A stretch of 61,060 nucleotides of DNA, filler included, from Circinaria calcarea (GCA_051942165.1; 13 parts of 13 records of this genome joined end to end with filler, not necessarily neighbours in it), one strand, 5' to 3'; counted from the whole stretch's first letter, positions 13,398-25,538 are shown. The notes: generated by a model from the letters alone, not told the origin. A program made the numbers and translations.

Positions 13398-13630
13398 CCA
13401 TCTAGCGCCCAAACGCCTTCTGAAGTCATCGAATCCTGAAACGAAGGTAAAGGAGAGCCATTCCAAGCCATCATTCCAAGCCGTCTAGCACCGCAAACGC
13501 CTTCGGAATCTGCCATCGAATCCCGAAACGAAGGAAAAAGAGAACCGTTCCAAGCCATCTAGCGCCCAAACGCCTTCTGAAGCTGTCATCGAATCCCGCA
13601 ACGAAGGTAGAAAGAGAGCCATCCCAAGTC
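13398..13630. repeat. Three degenerate tandem copies of a ~74-bp unit
   Basis: Units CCRTCTAGCRCC..AAACGCCTTC.GAA...CATCGAATCC...AACGAAGG.A...GAGARCC.TYCCAAG start at ~13398, 13481, 13555. Confidence 0.9.
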
Positions 13631-13676
13631 TGATAGCTTGGTGGAGGTGTACGTGTGCCTCGCGGATTGCAGAGAC

Positions 13677-14047
13677 TTAGCAGAAGTAAAGGGTTGCCTG
13701 TTTTCGCACCGATTAGCCTTGTCACCTTCATAGAGTGGAAGCTGCTCGCTCTTCAAGACTTCATACCCTCTGTTTAATCGTCTTTCTACAGACTGGACAG
13801 GCCACAGAGTGTGCTGGTCGATTCTTATCCATTGCATGACTTGGTACGGTCTGGTCTGCGCACCACTTGCACATAACACAGTGACCTATTGTTGTATTAG
13901 CCCGTACTTGTAGATGCAAGCTAGGTCGTTGCTCTGAATTGAGATGGGAAGGCTTACCGCATGGCAAAACCACAACGCTTGCCAGCTGCAAGAAACAGAT
14001 CTTACACTCCAACTTCACAGTGAGATCTTCATCCTTGAGCGGTTCTG
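13677..14047 (-). CDS. C-terminal RING finger (C3HC4_3-type) of an E3-ligase-like protein, 5'-truncated
   Basis: LECKICFLQLASVVVLPCG|HCVMCKWCAD...CPVCRKTIKQR|ATLYFC*; two GT-AG introns. Confidence 0.8.
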
Positions 14048-14147
14048 NNNNNNNNNNNNNNNNNNNNNNNNNNNNNNNNNNNNNNNNNNNNTTAATTAAT
14101 TAANNNNNNNNNNNNNNNNNNNNNNNNNNNNNNNNNNNNNNNNNNNN

Positions 14148-16983
14148 GCTCTTAGATTACTGGCCGCCGCAATGAAATCAATGTGATGGTTTGAGTCGTC
14201 GTCCTTCTCGAACTCGACAGGTTCGAGCTTGAAACCTGGTAGAGATTTGGGCGGTGGTAACATAGAGGCTATCTTTTGCAACTCGTCATTGTCATCAAAC
14301 CGAGATCCCGTAGGCTGGGCATTCGGATCTGGCTCGTTGTCATCAGCCTGAATCTTGACACTAGAACTGGGCTTGAAGTCTGGGATAATCATGTTCTCCA
14401 TCACTTTCTTGTAGTGTCCCTCCTTTACCCCGCCGCTCTTGATCGCATAGTTGAACGCATGTAGATTGGCGGCTGCAATGACATATCCAAGATGTGTGGG
14501 ATTGGAAGCATCGAATTTCAGCGGTGTCGGAGCACGTTTAGGACCTGACCAGAAAGGTGCACCACTGGCAGTAGTAGAATCTTTAGGAAAGTTGAATAGT
14601 AACTGCTGAATGGCGTTATTGTATTCTTTCTCGAACTGTTGCCTTGCCCAGATGATACAGTCGTCAAAGTTGAGCGGCTTCTCAGTGACAAGGAAGTCCC
14701 GAAGGTTCTCTAGCGTCCCGATCTCATTTCCTGATTGCTTCAGGGTCTGCTCAATGTAATTGGGCTTCGTAAGATACAAGTTAACAGTCTCTGGCGGTCC
14801 CACAAAATATTGATGAAATTTCTCTTTGGCCCAGGCTATTGTGTGCTCGATTTTATTGGGAAAGCTCCGAAGCGTACACTGGGGAAAAGACTGCTCTGGG
14901 GGGTCTTGGGAGCTCGTATACGATTCTGTTAAATTTGGGAGAACGACCTGCGTGTTGCACTTGGTGCCTAGCGTTCCACTCTCGAGCAGAGGTTTGCGGA
15001 AGAAGACACATCGGCGATCGACATATTGTCTTGCGTCCACGTTATCAAGCGCATTGGTTACCCCATCAAGATCTTCCCAGAAAGCTTCGCTGAAGATATG
15101 CTCGGTGTCAGGACCAACTCGATCTCTTAGTGCAATGATATGGCCTTTGAGATCGGGGTTCATTGCTTGAACGGCCTCTACGGCACAATCGCTCTTTAGT
15201 TTTCCAACGTCCTTGGGTCGGAAGAGGAATTGCCGGTTGAGGTTACTCCTCTCAATCTGATCTGGATCTGTAACACGGATTTTCCCTTTGGGACCGACTG
15301 CCAAGCCAATCATTGCCCAGTTCTTCAACATCTCACAGCCTATTGCACCTGCGCCGACCAAAAATTCGTTGACGTTCGCAATCTTGTCTTGAAAGTCCTT
15401 TCCAAACACAGCGATCTGCCCGTCGTATCGACTATTGAGAGGTTTGCACAGGTCCTCAGACCTGGTGACAGACGTGGGAAGGGACTCCAAAGAGTCAAAG
15501 TATAGCCACTGTACAATGGGGTGGAACTTCCCTGATACGGATTTCAAGACCTCCTGTGCGGCTAGGCCGCCGAAGAAAGCGGCCATGGGGTTCAGGTCGC
15601 CACGAGCTTGATAACTCAGCTCCTTCAGAACCTTTTCGTCAAGCTGCACCTTCTCTTCTCCCTCGCCGGCCAACGACTCGGCATATTTGAGGAATTCCTG
15701 AGCATCTTCTTCATTATGTGGTCTTGGAAGAGCACCGTCGTGATGCTCTGCAAAGGCATGTAGTGCCTGAAAGCCGATGTGAAGTTGTTGAGGACGGTCG
15801 AATTTGGCGAAGTCCGAAGTCAACATTTCAGGTTTCTTCAACTGCTCGGACAGGGGCTGGAATTTGATGAACTTAGGCATCTTAACTTGGCTGTAAAGAC
15901 CTCCACGCTTATATTGGCCAAGTCCTGATACATCTCCAATTGAAAAAGTGTACGGTCCCTTGACGGTAACCTTTCGTGGCTCGGCATTATTGAGCGCCTC
16001 CATTCCTTGAAGCTCGGTGAAGGTAACATAATCCCCATCCTCAAGACCATGCCTTGTCTCGTCCAGAGCGGATACCAATCCATCTGAGTCGATGCCTGCA
16101 ACAATACCGCTGAGGGGATTTTCACCTGTAGAGTCGGCCACGGTGAAGTTCTCCCCAAAATCCGTGAAGATGGATCCGAAGAGCCCGTAAATATCAGCGA
16201 TAACCAAGAAAATGCCATTTTGGTGGCAAAAGTCGGAGATGGCTATCTGATCCTTGAGTGGGGTGCCAGTCAGGACAACTACTTGATAGTTCTTAAGCTG
16301 GTCTAGATCTGATGTCAGACTCTTTGCTGGATAGACGGACACAGGTGTGTATGCGTTGAGCTCGGCAACTCTCGGTACGGTGACATCTGCCCGTGGTTTG
16401 CCAACATCATGTGGGTGTAGGAAAAATTGTGAGGAAAGGTCAGAGATGGCAGCTGGAGCAGGGTCAAAAAGGGTCAAGGATTTGACGCCGGCAAGAGCAA
16501 TGTTTTTGGCTAGATAGCTGGCTTAGTATCCCAATCGAAAGCGACATACCCAGACATAGTCTTACCTATCTCAACCCCAAGTCCTCTCAGCCCGGCAATA
16601 AGAACATGCGAAGAACTCATGCGCTTCATAGCTTCGTGCCCGAGTACATAGAGTTGCCTGCTGTATAGCGATTCGTCAATCTCGCCATTCTTCAGCTGTT
16701 CTGTCCCGGCAGCGGCCGGGCTATCCAACTCCATGTTACCGTCCTGCACATTTTCGTTAGTGCTATGTATGTTGAAGTTGGCGAGGCATGAACGAAAGCT
16801 CGAAACCAGAGAGGAGCAAGCAGAATCACACTCTACCAGAGGCATTTTGGAGTTTGCCACAGTCTAGCGTTTGATTGAGCATGATGCAGTGAGTAGAGCT
16901 GAGGATCCTCCCGAATGAGAAGATTGCTTTTATCTACCGGTGATTGGGGGTGTGACGAACAACCAGTATTCACCTACCGTCAT
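14148..16983 (-). CDS. UBA1: Ubiquitin-activating enzyme E1, 3'-truncated
   Basis: ATG ACG|gtaggt at 16983, [50 protein letters not shown], active-site [23 protein letters not shown]. Confidence 0.97.
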
Positions 16984-17230
16984 AATCTTTTTCGAAGGGC
17001 GTATGTCTTCACTGGATGCTTTTCTCTTGCCCGCCTTGTCCACCTTCGGGATATCGGCGTGGGAGTGAATGGTGGATGACCGATCAAGTGCCCGCACGAG
17101 TGCGAGACAGCAGTGCGGTAGGATTTATTTGAATGCAAGTGTACAGTGATTATCCCCAAGAAGTAAGCTATCTGTTTGCTACCGCTCAAGGGTAGCCTTT
17201 GCTGAACCTCTTTATTCGTATGGAGTGTGA

Positions 17231-17251
17231 AGAGAGAGAGAGAGAGAGAGA
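17231..17251. repeat. (AG)n microsatellite in the UBA1/GH125 divergent intergenic region
   Basis: About 10 AG units. Confidence 0.9.
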
Positions 17252-17655
17252 CGCAGAACAACTTCCAGTTGAAACAGGCGAGAGCTCAATATTTCCCCCG
17301 TTGATTCGAATACCTTCAAGTGGCGTGCGGTTGGAAACGAGTGGATGAAGAAAAACGACCTGATGCAATCGAGGTTTATCCGGAGGCAGGGATCCTATAT
17401 GGTAGGGCTGTACTTCCATCGAACAGCGGGGAACCGTTTCTACTCTAATGCATGCACGCAACCACCGGCCTCAGCTCAGCAGACCGGCGAAGCAGCAGAC
17501 TACATACATCTTGTGATGGTTACTGCAAGAATATACTTGTAGTGATGCTGCATCTGGTCCGCCATGGAGTGTCGCCCCTACCTTTTCTCTGAGTGAAGCA
17601 GGAAACCAACTGGATACCTGAGTGGAAGAAAGCCCAACCCAATTGATTACTGGTG

Positions 17656-18755
17656 ATGGCGATCTTCAATAGGATTTCGGGACCGATCCATGTTTGGGTT
17701 TGCATAGTTACCCTATCTCGCGTCTTGGCTAGCGGTCAGAACGCTCTACGACAGGAAACCGCTGGTGGGATAATTCAAACGCGTCAGGAGGCATGCCCAG
17801 AATATCAAAATTACGCTGTATTCCCACAGTAGGTGCGTCCGTTCATCTGAACAGATTCGCGCTAAGCTGCCATAGCCGCCCATTAAGTTCGGGTCCCTTA
17901 GCTCTGCCGTTTCAGCGGCCTTCGGAAGCCTGTCGAACCTTTTCGTCTCCTCTGGTGGAAAAGGTGATTGAAGATGTCACGACACGTATGACAGACAAGG
18001 ACCTGGCGAGGCTGTTCGAGAATGCTTTCCCAAACACCTTGGATACCACGGTGCGGTGGCACGTCGACGGCTCTCAAAAGAAAACGAAAAGGAAGTCATC
18101 CCATCGGTCCGTCGCTGATGGGCAGTGGGAAGGGCCCCAGAGCTTCATTGTGACGGGAGACATCAATGCGGAATGGCTACGTGACTCGACAAATCAATTG
18201 GCGCAATACCAAGCCCTAGCGCCGAAAGACACACAGATTTACAGTCTTATCTTAGGGGCGATTAACACCCAGGCAGAGTTCGTCATCGAGTCACCCTATT
18301 GCAATGCCTTTCAACCACCGCCCCCAAGCCAGTTGCCAGCAACAGGAAACGGGCAAGACGATACGGTGCATCCTGCTTACGAACCATCTCGTGTTTTCGA
18401 ATGCAAATACGAGCTTGATTCTCTGGCAAATTTCCTTTCACTGGGTAATCAATTCTATGCTAGCACCAAATCAGAAGCCTTTCTGACTCCCCGCTGGTAC
18501 ATGGCCTTGGACACGGTCATGGCTGTTCTTGAAGAGCAAGCAAAGCCAACCTTCAACTCCTCAACGGGAGCATTCGAGACAAATGAATACCTCTTCTCTA
18601 GGCGGACCACAGCCGGGACCGAGACACTGAGTCTAACCGGATTAGGGAATCCCCTTAATGGCGGTACCGGCCTAATACGCAGTGCTTTTCGGCCTAGTGA
18701 CGATGCTACCATTCTGGGGTATTTTATACCTGCTAATGCCATGATGTCCGTTGAG
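17656..18755 (+). CDS. Glycoside hydrolase family 125 (DUF1237, alpha-mannosidase-like), 3'-truncated
   Basis: ATG 17656, ACPEYQNY, intron ~17830-17875, QRPSEACRTF, LFENAFPNTLDTTV, TGDINAEWLRDS, FECKYELDSLANFL, SAFRPSDDA, IPANAM. Confidence 0.9.
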
Positions 18756-19399
18756 NNNNNNNNNNNNNNNNNNNNNNNNNNNNNNNNNNNNNNNNNNNNT
18801 TAATTAATTAANNNNNNNNNNNNNNNNNNNNNNNNNNNNNNNNNNNNNNNNNNNNCCAGGGGGCCTCTGCAGCAAGGCACCGCATGGTTACCACGCGACG
18901 AGATCGGCTGAAATCAATTTCCTGCGCGCTAGCCATGTAGGAATTTAAAGTACAGTCCTGCAGCGTGGACCTATGGGCAGCCGACAGAATTGAGGGTAGA
19001 GTACTGTAATGACAGTAGAACGATCGCTCTACCAATCAACCATTCGGGCCCTGGATGGCGCGCAATCCACCGCACTAGCTCCAGCCCTCGACCATGGATT
19101 GTACAGAAACGTGCCTCAAGGTAAACAGACACCAATTTAAACCAAACTGGATGCAAGCAAGCGACCGAGCGAGGTCGAGACAGGAAGCTACTCAGGTGTC
19201 CTTGCTGAGAAGTCTGCTCCGGGAAATACACACCTGTCCCAAGGTTAGGGGGGGGAGTCTGGAATCTGATCCCCCTTTTCTGGTTCCGCTAGAATGAGCA
19301 AAATATCACCCCGCTGCTTCTGGCACTCGACCTCGTGCAATGCACACGGCTCCCATGTCCCGGCTCGGTAACAAACGAGGTCCGTGTTGAGACTTGACC

Positions 19400-22300
19400 A
19401 GCATCAGCCTCCTCCATGCCAAAAGACACTTTGTATCTGGCATGGTGGCTTGAACCCTATTCTATCGGTGGGGTGCGCTTTCAAGGCTTCAGGAACGGTG
19501 AGATTCAAAGACGGAGGACGGTAGCGCCGGGATGGCTATCGCCTTCCTTTCAAACAAGCTCGGAACGCTGCCTGAAACCCCAAGCCCAGCTACCGTGGAA
19601 TGAATAACAATAATCAACGAGAGTTGGGAAAACCATTGGGTGCTCGATCATGTTTCAGTGGCTCAAACCTGCCGAAAAGAACATCCTCGATTGGACCATG
19701 GGAGGGAAGGGTAGTGACTACTTCTTGTGCTATGAATAAACGTCGACCGACATGGCCGGCCGTTCGTGCGGCAAAAGCCTTCGGTAACCGATTCCAACAC
19801 ACTTTGCCATGTGGGACGTGCCGGTACAAACTATCAATAATGGTCTAGCATACGCATGACGCACTTTAGTGCTGCTGACTTGAGCCGGGGATTCCTGGTC
19901 TGACGGAAAACCCTAAAAGATTTCATGCCGTTTATCACGAAGCCGATTAGAGAGATGTGATGCGCCAGCAATCGTCTAGCAGGGCGTTTCTCCATCCGGT
20001 AGAATCTTCGGAGGCTAGTGCTTGATAGAATGTAGTCTGTTGAATAGTGGTGTGAGCGGACGTTATCGGGTCCTGCTAGTACAACAGATGATGGATGAGC
20101 AAAATGACCAATCCTCTTCATCCTTTGCAACAGTCTTGGAAAAGTCTAAAAGTGGGCTCACCAGATTTGCATGTTTTAACTCGCCGAGGCAACCTGATAA
20201 CTTGCTCGAATCGGAGGATTTCCTACCGTCGCTGAATGGTTACAGGCCATCCTGCCACAGCGCCGCAAGTGCCGTTGTTAAGGATGAGAGCGGCGACCCC
20301 GTGTTACTGAACGCGTGTTTTCGGGACGGCTCGAAGCGAAGAGAAAATGACATGTGCCCACCCTGTCGTATGCAAGCATTTAGCCACGGGCGGAGTGCCC
20401 AATCAGACAGCAGCCACGGCCAATGGGGCGTTTGACCACCCTTGCGACTGAATAGGCTGTCACACCGCATATCTGCTTTTGGTGAAACTTTGCCAGTCCA
20501 CCAGAGATTCGAAAATCCAACGAGTCAGAGCAGGTTGGGTGATGGCCGAACGGGAAAGTGAACTTGGTGTTTTGATGCATTCTGGTTGTGATGCGCCTTG
20601 CATAAAGGTTAGGGGGCGTAAGCCACACGCGGTGCTCTGTAGTTATGTCCTGGCTGAGAGAGTGGACTACGCCGCCCAACGGCAGGACGAAGGTATTGCA
20701 GCCGACTCCACCGATGGAATGAAATAAGATCTAGTCAGTGTTGTTCGATGCACGCTTCGATTTTCGCAATAGTACTGTTCAACGCTTAGGATAAAGTCGT
20801 AGAGATGCAAGATTGCGGTGCTACCCTCAAGCCGTCATACAAGTCCTCCGTCCCGATGGGCCAGGAGATTGAGTTTTATTCAGTAGTAGGCGCCGTTGCC
20901 GTTAGAAATCCTTTGGGGGGCTGGCCATGTCTGGCTTTTTATGCATTAACCCACGAGTTCCATTGGTTCACTCGAGTTACCTGGGCTACCGAGCCTCTGG
21001 GTAACGACGGGCCGCACCGAGGCTGAGATGATTGGACCTATTCCGGATCGGGTACTACCTGCGGACAATCATTGTATTCCGCGACAAACATGAGGACCCC
21101 CGTATCAAGTTATCTAAGAATCACGGTCCTTGGGAGCGAAACCGTTGCTCTTGGCTGGCTGCATAGGGGTCTACACACCGTTAGGGTGCCAGTTCATACT
21201 TACCTGGAGTCTCAGCTTGCTATTGTTTCCTTGATCGAGTAAATCTAATAAGTCGTTCAAGGATCGTCCTAGGCCTAACGTCCGAACCTTGACGCCGCCA
21301 AGTGTTGAAGGCAAACAAGCAAAGTTCCATCGGACAGGGACAAGGTCTGCTCTCAAGTCAGATGACCGTCAAAGTATGCGGGCCTAAGTCCTAGACGAAC
21401 GGTAGTGTAGGAAAGCGCGAAGGCGAGCATTCGTGCGTAGCGGGCCGTGGCTCAATACAATAACAGGATTCCGGTTTTGGCGTCAAAGTGTATGGATCAA
21501 GATACTATGATGGCGGCGACTTTGTGGAAGTGTAGGTACACGTATCGCAGGTATACACAGCGGTCAGCCCTTTTCTTTCCTTTTCAGGTCAATAACAACC
21601 GACTAAGGTGGTGGAAGTTACGCACGGGGCAGACAGGGGCGCCAGCAAGCATCGGATATCAACCACAAACGTTGTGCTAGCGCATACCGATTGGTAGGTT
21701 TTTCACCCCATGCGCGCATATGCAAGATCCCACCCAGAGTACAGTCAGCTGCAACCTCCAGTCCGGGATTCGCGACATAATAGGCCCACGAGTTTAGGCA
21801 GAGTAGCTTGTTTCCGGCTCGGCTGACCCGTGGGACTGCGTAAGCGATACTCTGCCGTGTCGTCAGCACTCGTAGATAAGAAAAGAACCCATATTAACCT
21901 ACCCAACCGTGTTTCGCGACCTCCCAAATCCAAACCACCGTCCAAAAGATCTCCATGGGGGATAATCCCGGCATCTGGGAGCCCATGCAAAGCGAAACAC
22001 AGGCGGTGCAGTGGTATTTGCAAGGACGGTCAAAATTATCTGGTTAGATGACGTCAAGGGCAGATTCCAAAACCCTAACACTAATCCGTGAAGGGTATAG
22101 CCTCACATGTCCAATGCGACACCAGACATGACAAACCGAAAAGTATATCAAATAGGAAGTTCTATCATGTAAATTTACTTATTGAATTATTAACGGCTAG
22201 GGAGTTGGTGTGTGGTAGTTGTAATTCTTTGTGTCAACTTTACTACAGACATGTTTCTAACCTAGCACCAACCACGTACGGAAGCCAAGGACAGTGGTCT
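19400..22300 (+). ncRNA. Candidate telomerase RNA / large structured lncRNA (boundaries approximate)
   Basis: No credible ORF over >3.5 kb; many stems with G-U pairs on the + strand; AACCCTAA (19909-19916) preceded by helix 19741-19749/19896-19905; CTTTTCTTTCCTTTTC (21570-21585) complementary to GAAAAGAA (21880-21887); long-range helix 19691-19714/21899-21933. Confidence 0.45.
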
Positions 22301-22685
22301 ACTCGGGAGGCTACTTTGATAGGAACAACGCTATTTGTAGAGTCTTGATGTGGTGTGGCAAGAGTCGGGACTAAGGGGAGAAGGGCATTGAAAGACTCGT
22401 CGGTCTCTAGAAGATGTTCAATCAAGGAGGAGCTCAAGTTTCCACTTGACATCACGAGCTTACGGTAGAAAGTGTGCCGCACAGTAGTATCGAAGCCATT
22501 TAGGTTATCAATCAAAAGCCACCATGGTGTGCTGATTTGCCTTATTTCATAACAGGTCCGTTTGCAAATGCTTGGTGAACGGCACAGATGATAATGGGGG
22601 TGCAAGGCTCGCCATGCAGGCCAAGGTAAGCGCACCTCGAAGGTGTGGTACATGCATGTTATGAAACAAAAGTGTAAAGAAAAGT

Positions 22686-23462
22686 TTAATCCTTGACATC
22701 TTCAGCTGTGGGGAGATCGATGGCACGATATAGCAGGATCAGCGCGGAGTGTGACTCTCCTACAAGATATTAGTGGCTTGTTTAGATAGTAGGTAATTCG
22801 AAAAACAGAACTCACCGCCCCCTGATAGACTCTCAATTTTCTCTGCGTCAACCTCGGACACTTTGTCATCGTTGAACCACCACCATTTACCGTCCTCGTC
22901 TTTCCTGCTTCCTGTTTTGGGATCTATCGCGCCTTGCTTCTTCACGTAGGAAGTGTAGTGTCCACTATCGGCACTCGCTCCTTGATGAGTGACCAGGCCT
23001 CGAAGCTCATATATGCCACACTTATTGGCCCCTTCGTCGCTTGCAAGACTGGGGTTGATCAAAGAGTAAAGCTCCTTCTTTGCCGCATGTATAGATGCGG
23101 CACGCTCCGCATCATATTCAGCATCAGTCTTGTAAACAGCATCAGTCATTTCTGTATCGCCGTTCGATTTCTTTTCTCCTTCCTTGCGCTTCGTTGGAAT
23201 CTTTTTGTCGTCCGCTCCGTTAGCTCGGAGATCCGCCTTGCGGTCCTCTTCCTGTTTATGCGCCATCTTTTGCCTCTTGCGAGCCCGCGTGACATCTTCC
23301 TCCTCTTTGCGTATGTCCCGAAGCTTGTCGCGTACGGGAACAAGCTGCTTCCTTAGTGTGTCTGTACAAAACTCCACAACATCGAGCTCTGCTGGGAAAG
23401 TAACTTTACGCATGATTTTGGCTTTCTTCTGCACTTCTCGCTTCCAGTAAAACCTTACAAAG
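22686..23462 (-). CDS. UBP6: Proteasome-associated deubiquitinase Ubp6/USP14, C-terminal part
   Basis: KKAKIMRKVTFP, His box YELRGLVTHQGASADSGHYTSYV, WWWFNDDKVS, SGG|GESHSALILLYR; stop at 22686. Confidence 0.95.
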
Positions 23463-23870
23463 NNNNNNNNNNNNNNNNNNNNNNNNNNNNNNNNNNNNNN
23501 NNNNNNTTAATTAATTAANNNNNNNNNNNNNNNNNNNNNNNNNNNNNNNNNNNNNNNNNNNNGCGGGGTTGGTGGTATAGGGTTGGGATATGATGTCCCC
23601 GGGAATTTCTTGCGTTTTGAGTGGGGTTTGAAGCACCAACTTGTGAGATGCAACTCGAGGTTCGGTGGAGCTCGTTTTCTAATGAGCCAAAGCCAAAGGT
23701 CTAAACAGTTCTAAGTCTGATCTATCTGTTGCAGGTAAAGCCGTAAATGCCCGCTGCCAACGCCATAAATGGAACGCAAGCATGTGGTTATCAAAGTTTA
23801 CGAAGCAACAAAAAGAAGAAGGAGGAGGCGAAAAGGAGAGAGAGGATGAAAAAGAAAGGCATACGGCAAC

Positions 23871-25007
23871 CTAGCGGGCGAAATTTGCAGGGGGCTGGGT
23901 TGGCGGACCTTCAGGAGTGACGTATGCCTGGGTACGTAATTAGTATATTTTATTAGGTAGTCTGTAAAGGTCGACGGTACTACGTACTCTAGTCATACCG
24001 CCGTCAACAACAAAGTCGGTACCGTTGACGAAGCTGCTTTCGTCACTTGCTAGGAATAACACCGCTTGGGCCTGCTCGATGGCTTCCCCAAAGCGCCCGG
24101 TTGGAAAGTGAATCTCGCGGCGATGGCGCTTCTCTGCGTCGTCGCCGAGCCAATCTTGCAGGAGAGCCGTACTGTACGACGTTAGCCAGTTTGGTATCAA
24201 CCGTGAAAGTGAATGGACATCGACGGACTTGAGCGGCGCGGGGCATAAGGCGTTGAAGCGGAAGCCCTCCCTTGCGTGAACGATTGCCAATTCCCTAGTT
24301 ATGGCCAGCACAGCTCCCTTGCTGGCGGTGTAGGCCAGCTGCGGCGTTGCACTGCCAACGAGGGCTACGACACTAGCGGTGTTGATGATACTACCATTCG
24401 TTTTCTTGTGCTTTCGCATACTCAAGACGGCGTGCTTACTTCCGAACCACACACCCTTGACATTGATATTATGGGTAAGGTCCCAGATCTTTTCCGGCGT
24501 ATCTATGGCATCGGCGTCGTCTGCGTGCATGATTCCGGCGTTGTTAAAGATGATGTCGACGCCGCCCCAGGGGTCGACATGAGATACCATGGCAGCCATG
24601 TCTGACTCCTTGGAGACATCACATTTGATCGTTTCCAATCGCGGGTGATAGGGCATAATCTTTCTAATCTTCTCTGTGGCTTTGGCGAGGGCCGGCTCGG
24701 AGATGTCGGACATGAGGACAGATGCTCCCTCGCGGAGGAATAAGATAGTAGTCTCCAGACCGATTCCACTGCGGAGAAAAGATGGACTCAGTTGTGGAAT
24801 CATGAAACATTGTAGACCGGTACATGCGCGTATGAAGAACAGATTGAGGAGAAACCGATGAAAACAATCAATGCAAGCGGCAGAGAGAGGTTGAATCAAA
24901 TTCGGACCTCGACGTCGTGAACAGAGATACTTGTCAGCTTACCCTGCTGCTCCCGTGATAATGGCATTTTTTCCCTCGAGACGACCCCTTGGTCCTAGAC
25001 TGCCCAT
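23871..25007 (-). CDS. Short-chain dehydrogenase/reductase (Rv2857c-like), 4 exons
   Basis: MGSLGPRGRLEGKNAIITGAAG|..GIG, NNAGI, SIINTASVVALVGSATPQLAYTASKG (YxxxK), NALCPAPLN, FVVDGG, AYVTPEG. Confidence 0.92.
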
Positions 25008-25019
25008 GGTGATGGATGT

Positions 25020-25193
25020 TGAGTCACTTAGTGATTGAGGTTCTTGGATTCAGTGCTATGCCTTTGAGGATGAGAATGGAAAGAATGTTGAATTCCCGCC
25101 AAGTGAAATAATCAACCTTAATCGTCTGTTGTTGCAAACGTCACTGAAGAGTGTTGCTCTATTTTAGCCCCGTTGCGGCAGTCCCGTGAGTCA
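25020..25193. promoter_or_regulatory. Two TGAGTCA (Gcn4/CpcA-type) sites in the SDR-GS bidirectional promoter
   Basis: Exact TGAGTCA at 25020-25026 and 25187-25193. Confidence 0.4.
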
Positions 25194-25411
25194 CCAGGTG
25201 GTTCCACTGATTACTTGCCACGGTGTCTGCAGCAGCAACAATAACAATAACAACAATAATATTCACGTTGCACCAAAGAAAAATTTGGATTTCTCTTGAA
25301 GGAGATGATACAAGCTGTACGGAGAGGAGACTTTGCTGTTCAGCATACTACCTGACATTTCCCCGGCATTGCCGTATCTGTCTGTCAACATTCCATTCCT
25401 CAACCACGACC

Positions 25412-25538
25412 GATAAGGTTAATTTTAGTGCCGTCTCTTTATCTTATCTCTTTTCCGCCACCTTTTCCATTTGGATGCTTGAGCCACGCCCTCCTGAGCG
25501 CCACAGGGTCCGAGCTTCAGCCTCTTTGGAAGCTTATC
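25412..25538. promoter_or_regulatory. Cluster of GATAA sites (possible AreA/NIT2 nitrogen control)
   Basis: GATAAG 25412, TTATC 25439, CTTATC 25443, CTTATC 25533 upstream of the GS-like gene. Confidence 0.35.

Noticed and set aside
13398..13630. Tandem repeats (also 36611-36750) as CRISPR-like arrays
   Set aside because: No unique spacers, no cas genes, eukaryotic context.
21196..21207. ATACTTACCTGG, identical to the U1 snRNA 5' end
   Set aside because: No U1 loop I (GATCA.GAAG), loop II (ATTGCAC) or Sm site follows at the right spacing. It is equally a minus-strand splice-donor-like match or chance.
22071..22079. AACCCTAAC as an alternative telomerase template
   Set aside because: It lies 3' of the pseudoknot and enclosing helix and has no boundary helix. 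It fits a branch point better.
4718..22300. Apparent clustering of TBF1 with the TER candidate, and of RING, UBA1 and UBP6 ubiquitin genes
   Set aside because: These lie on different contigs joined artificially by length order, so no physical linkage can be inferred.
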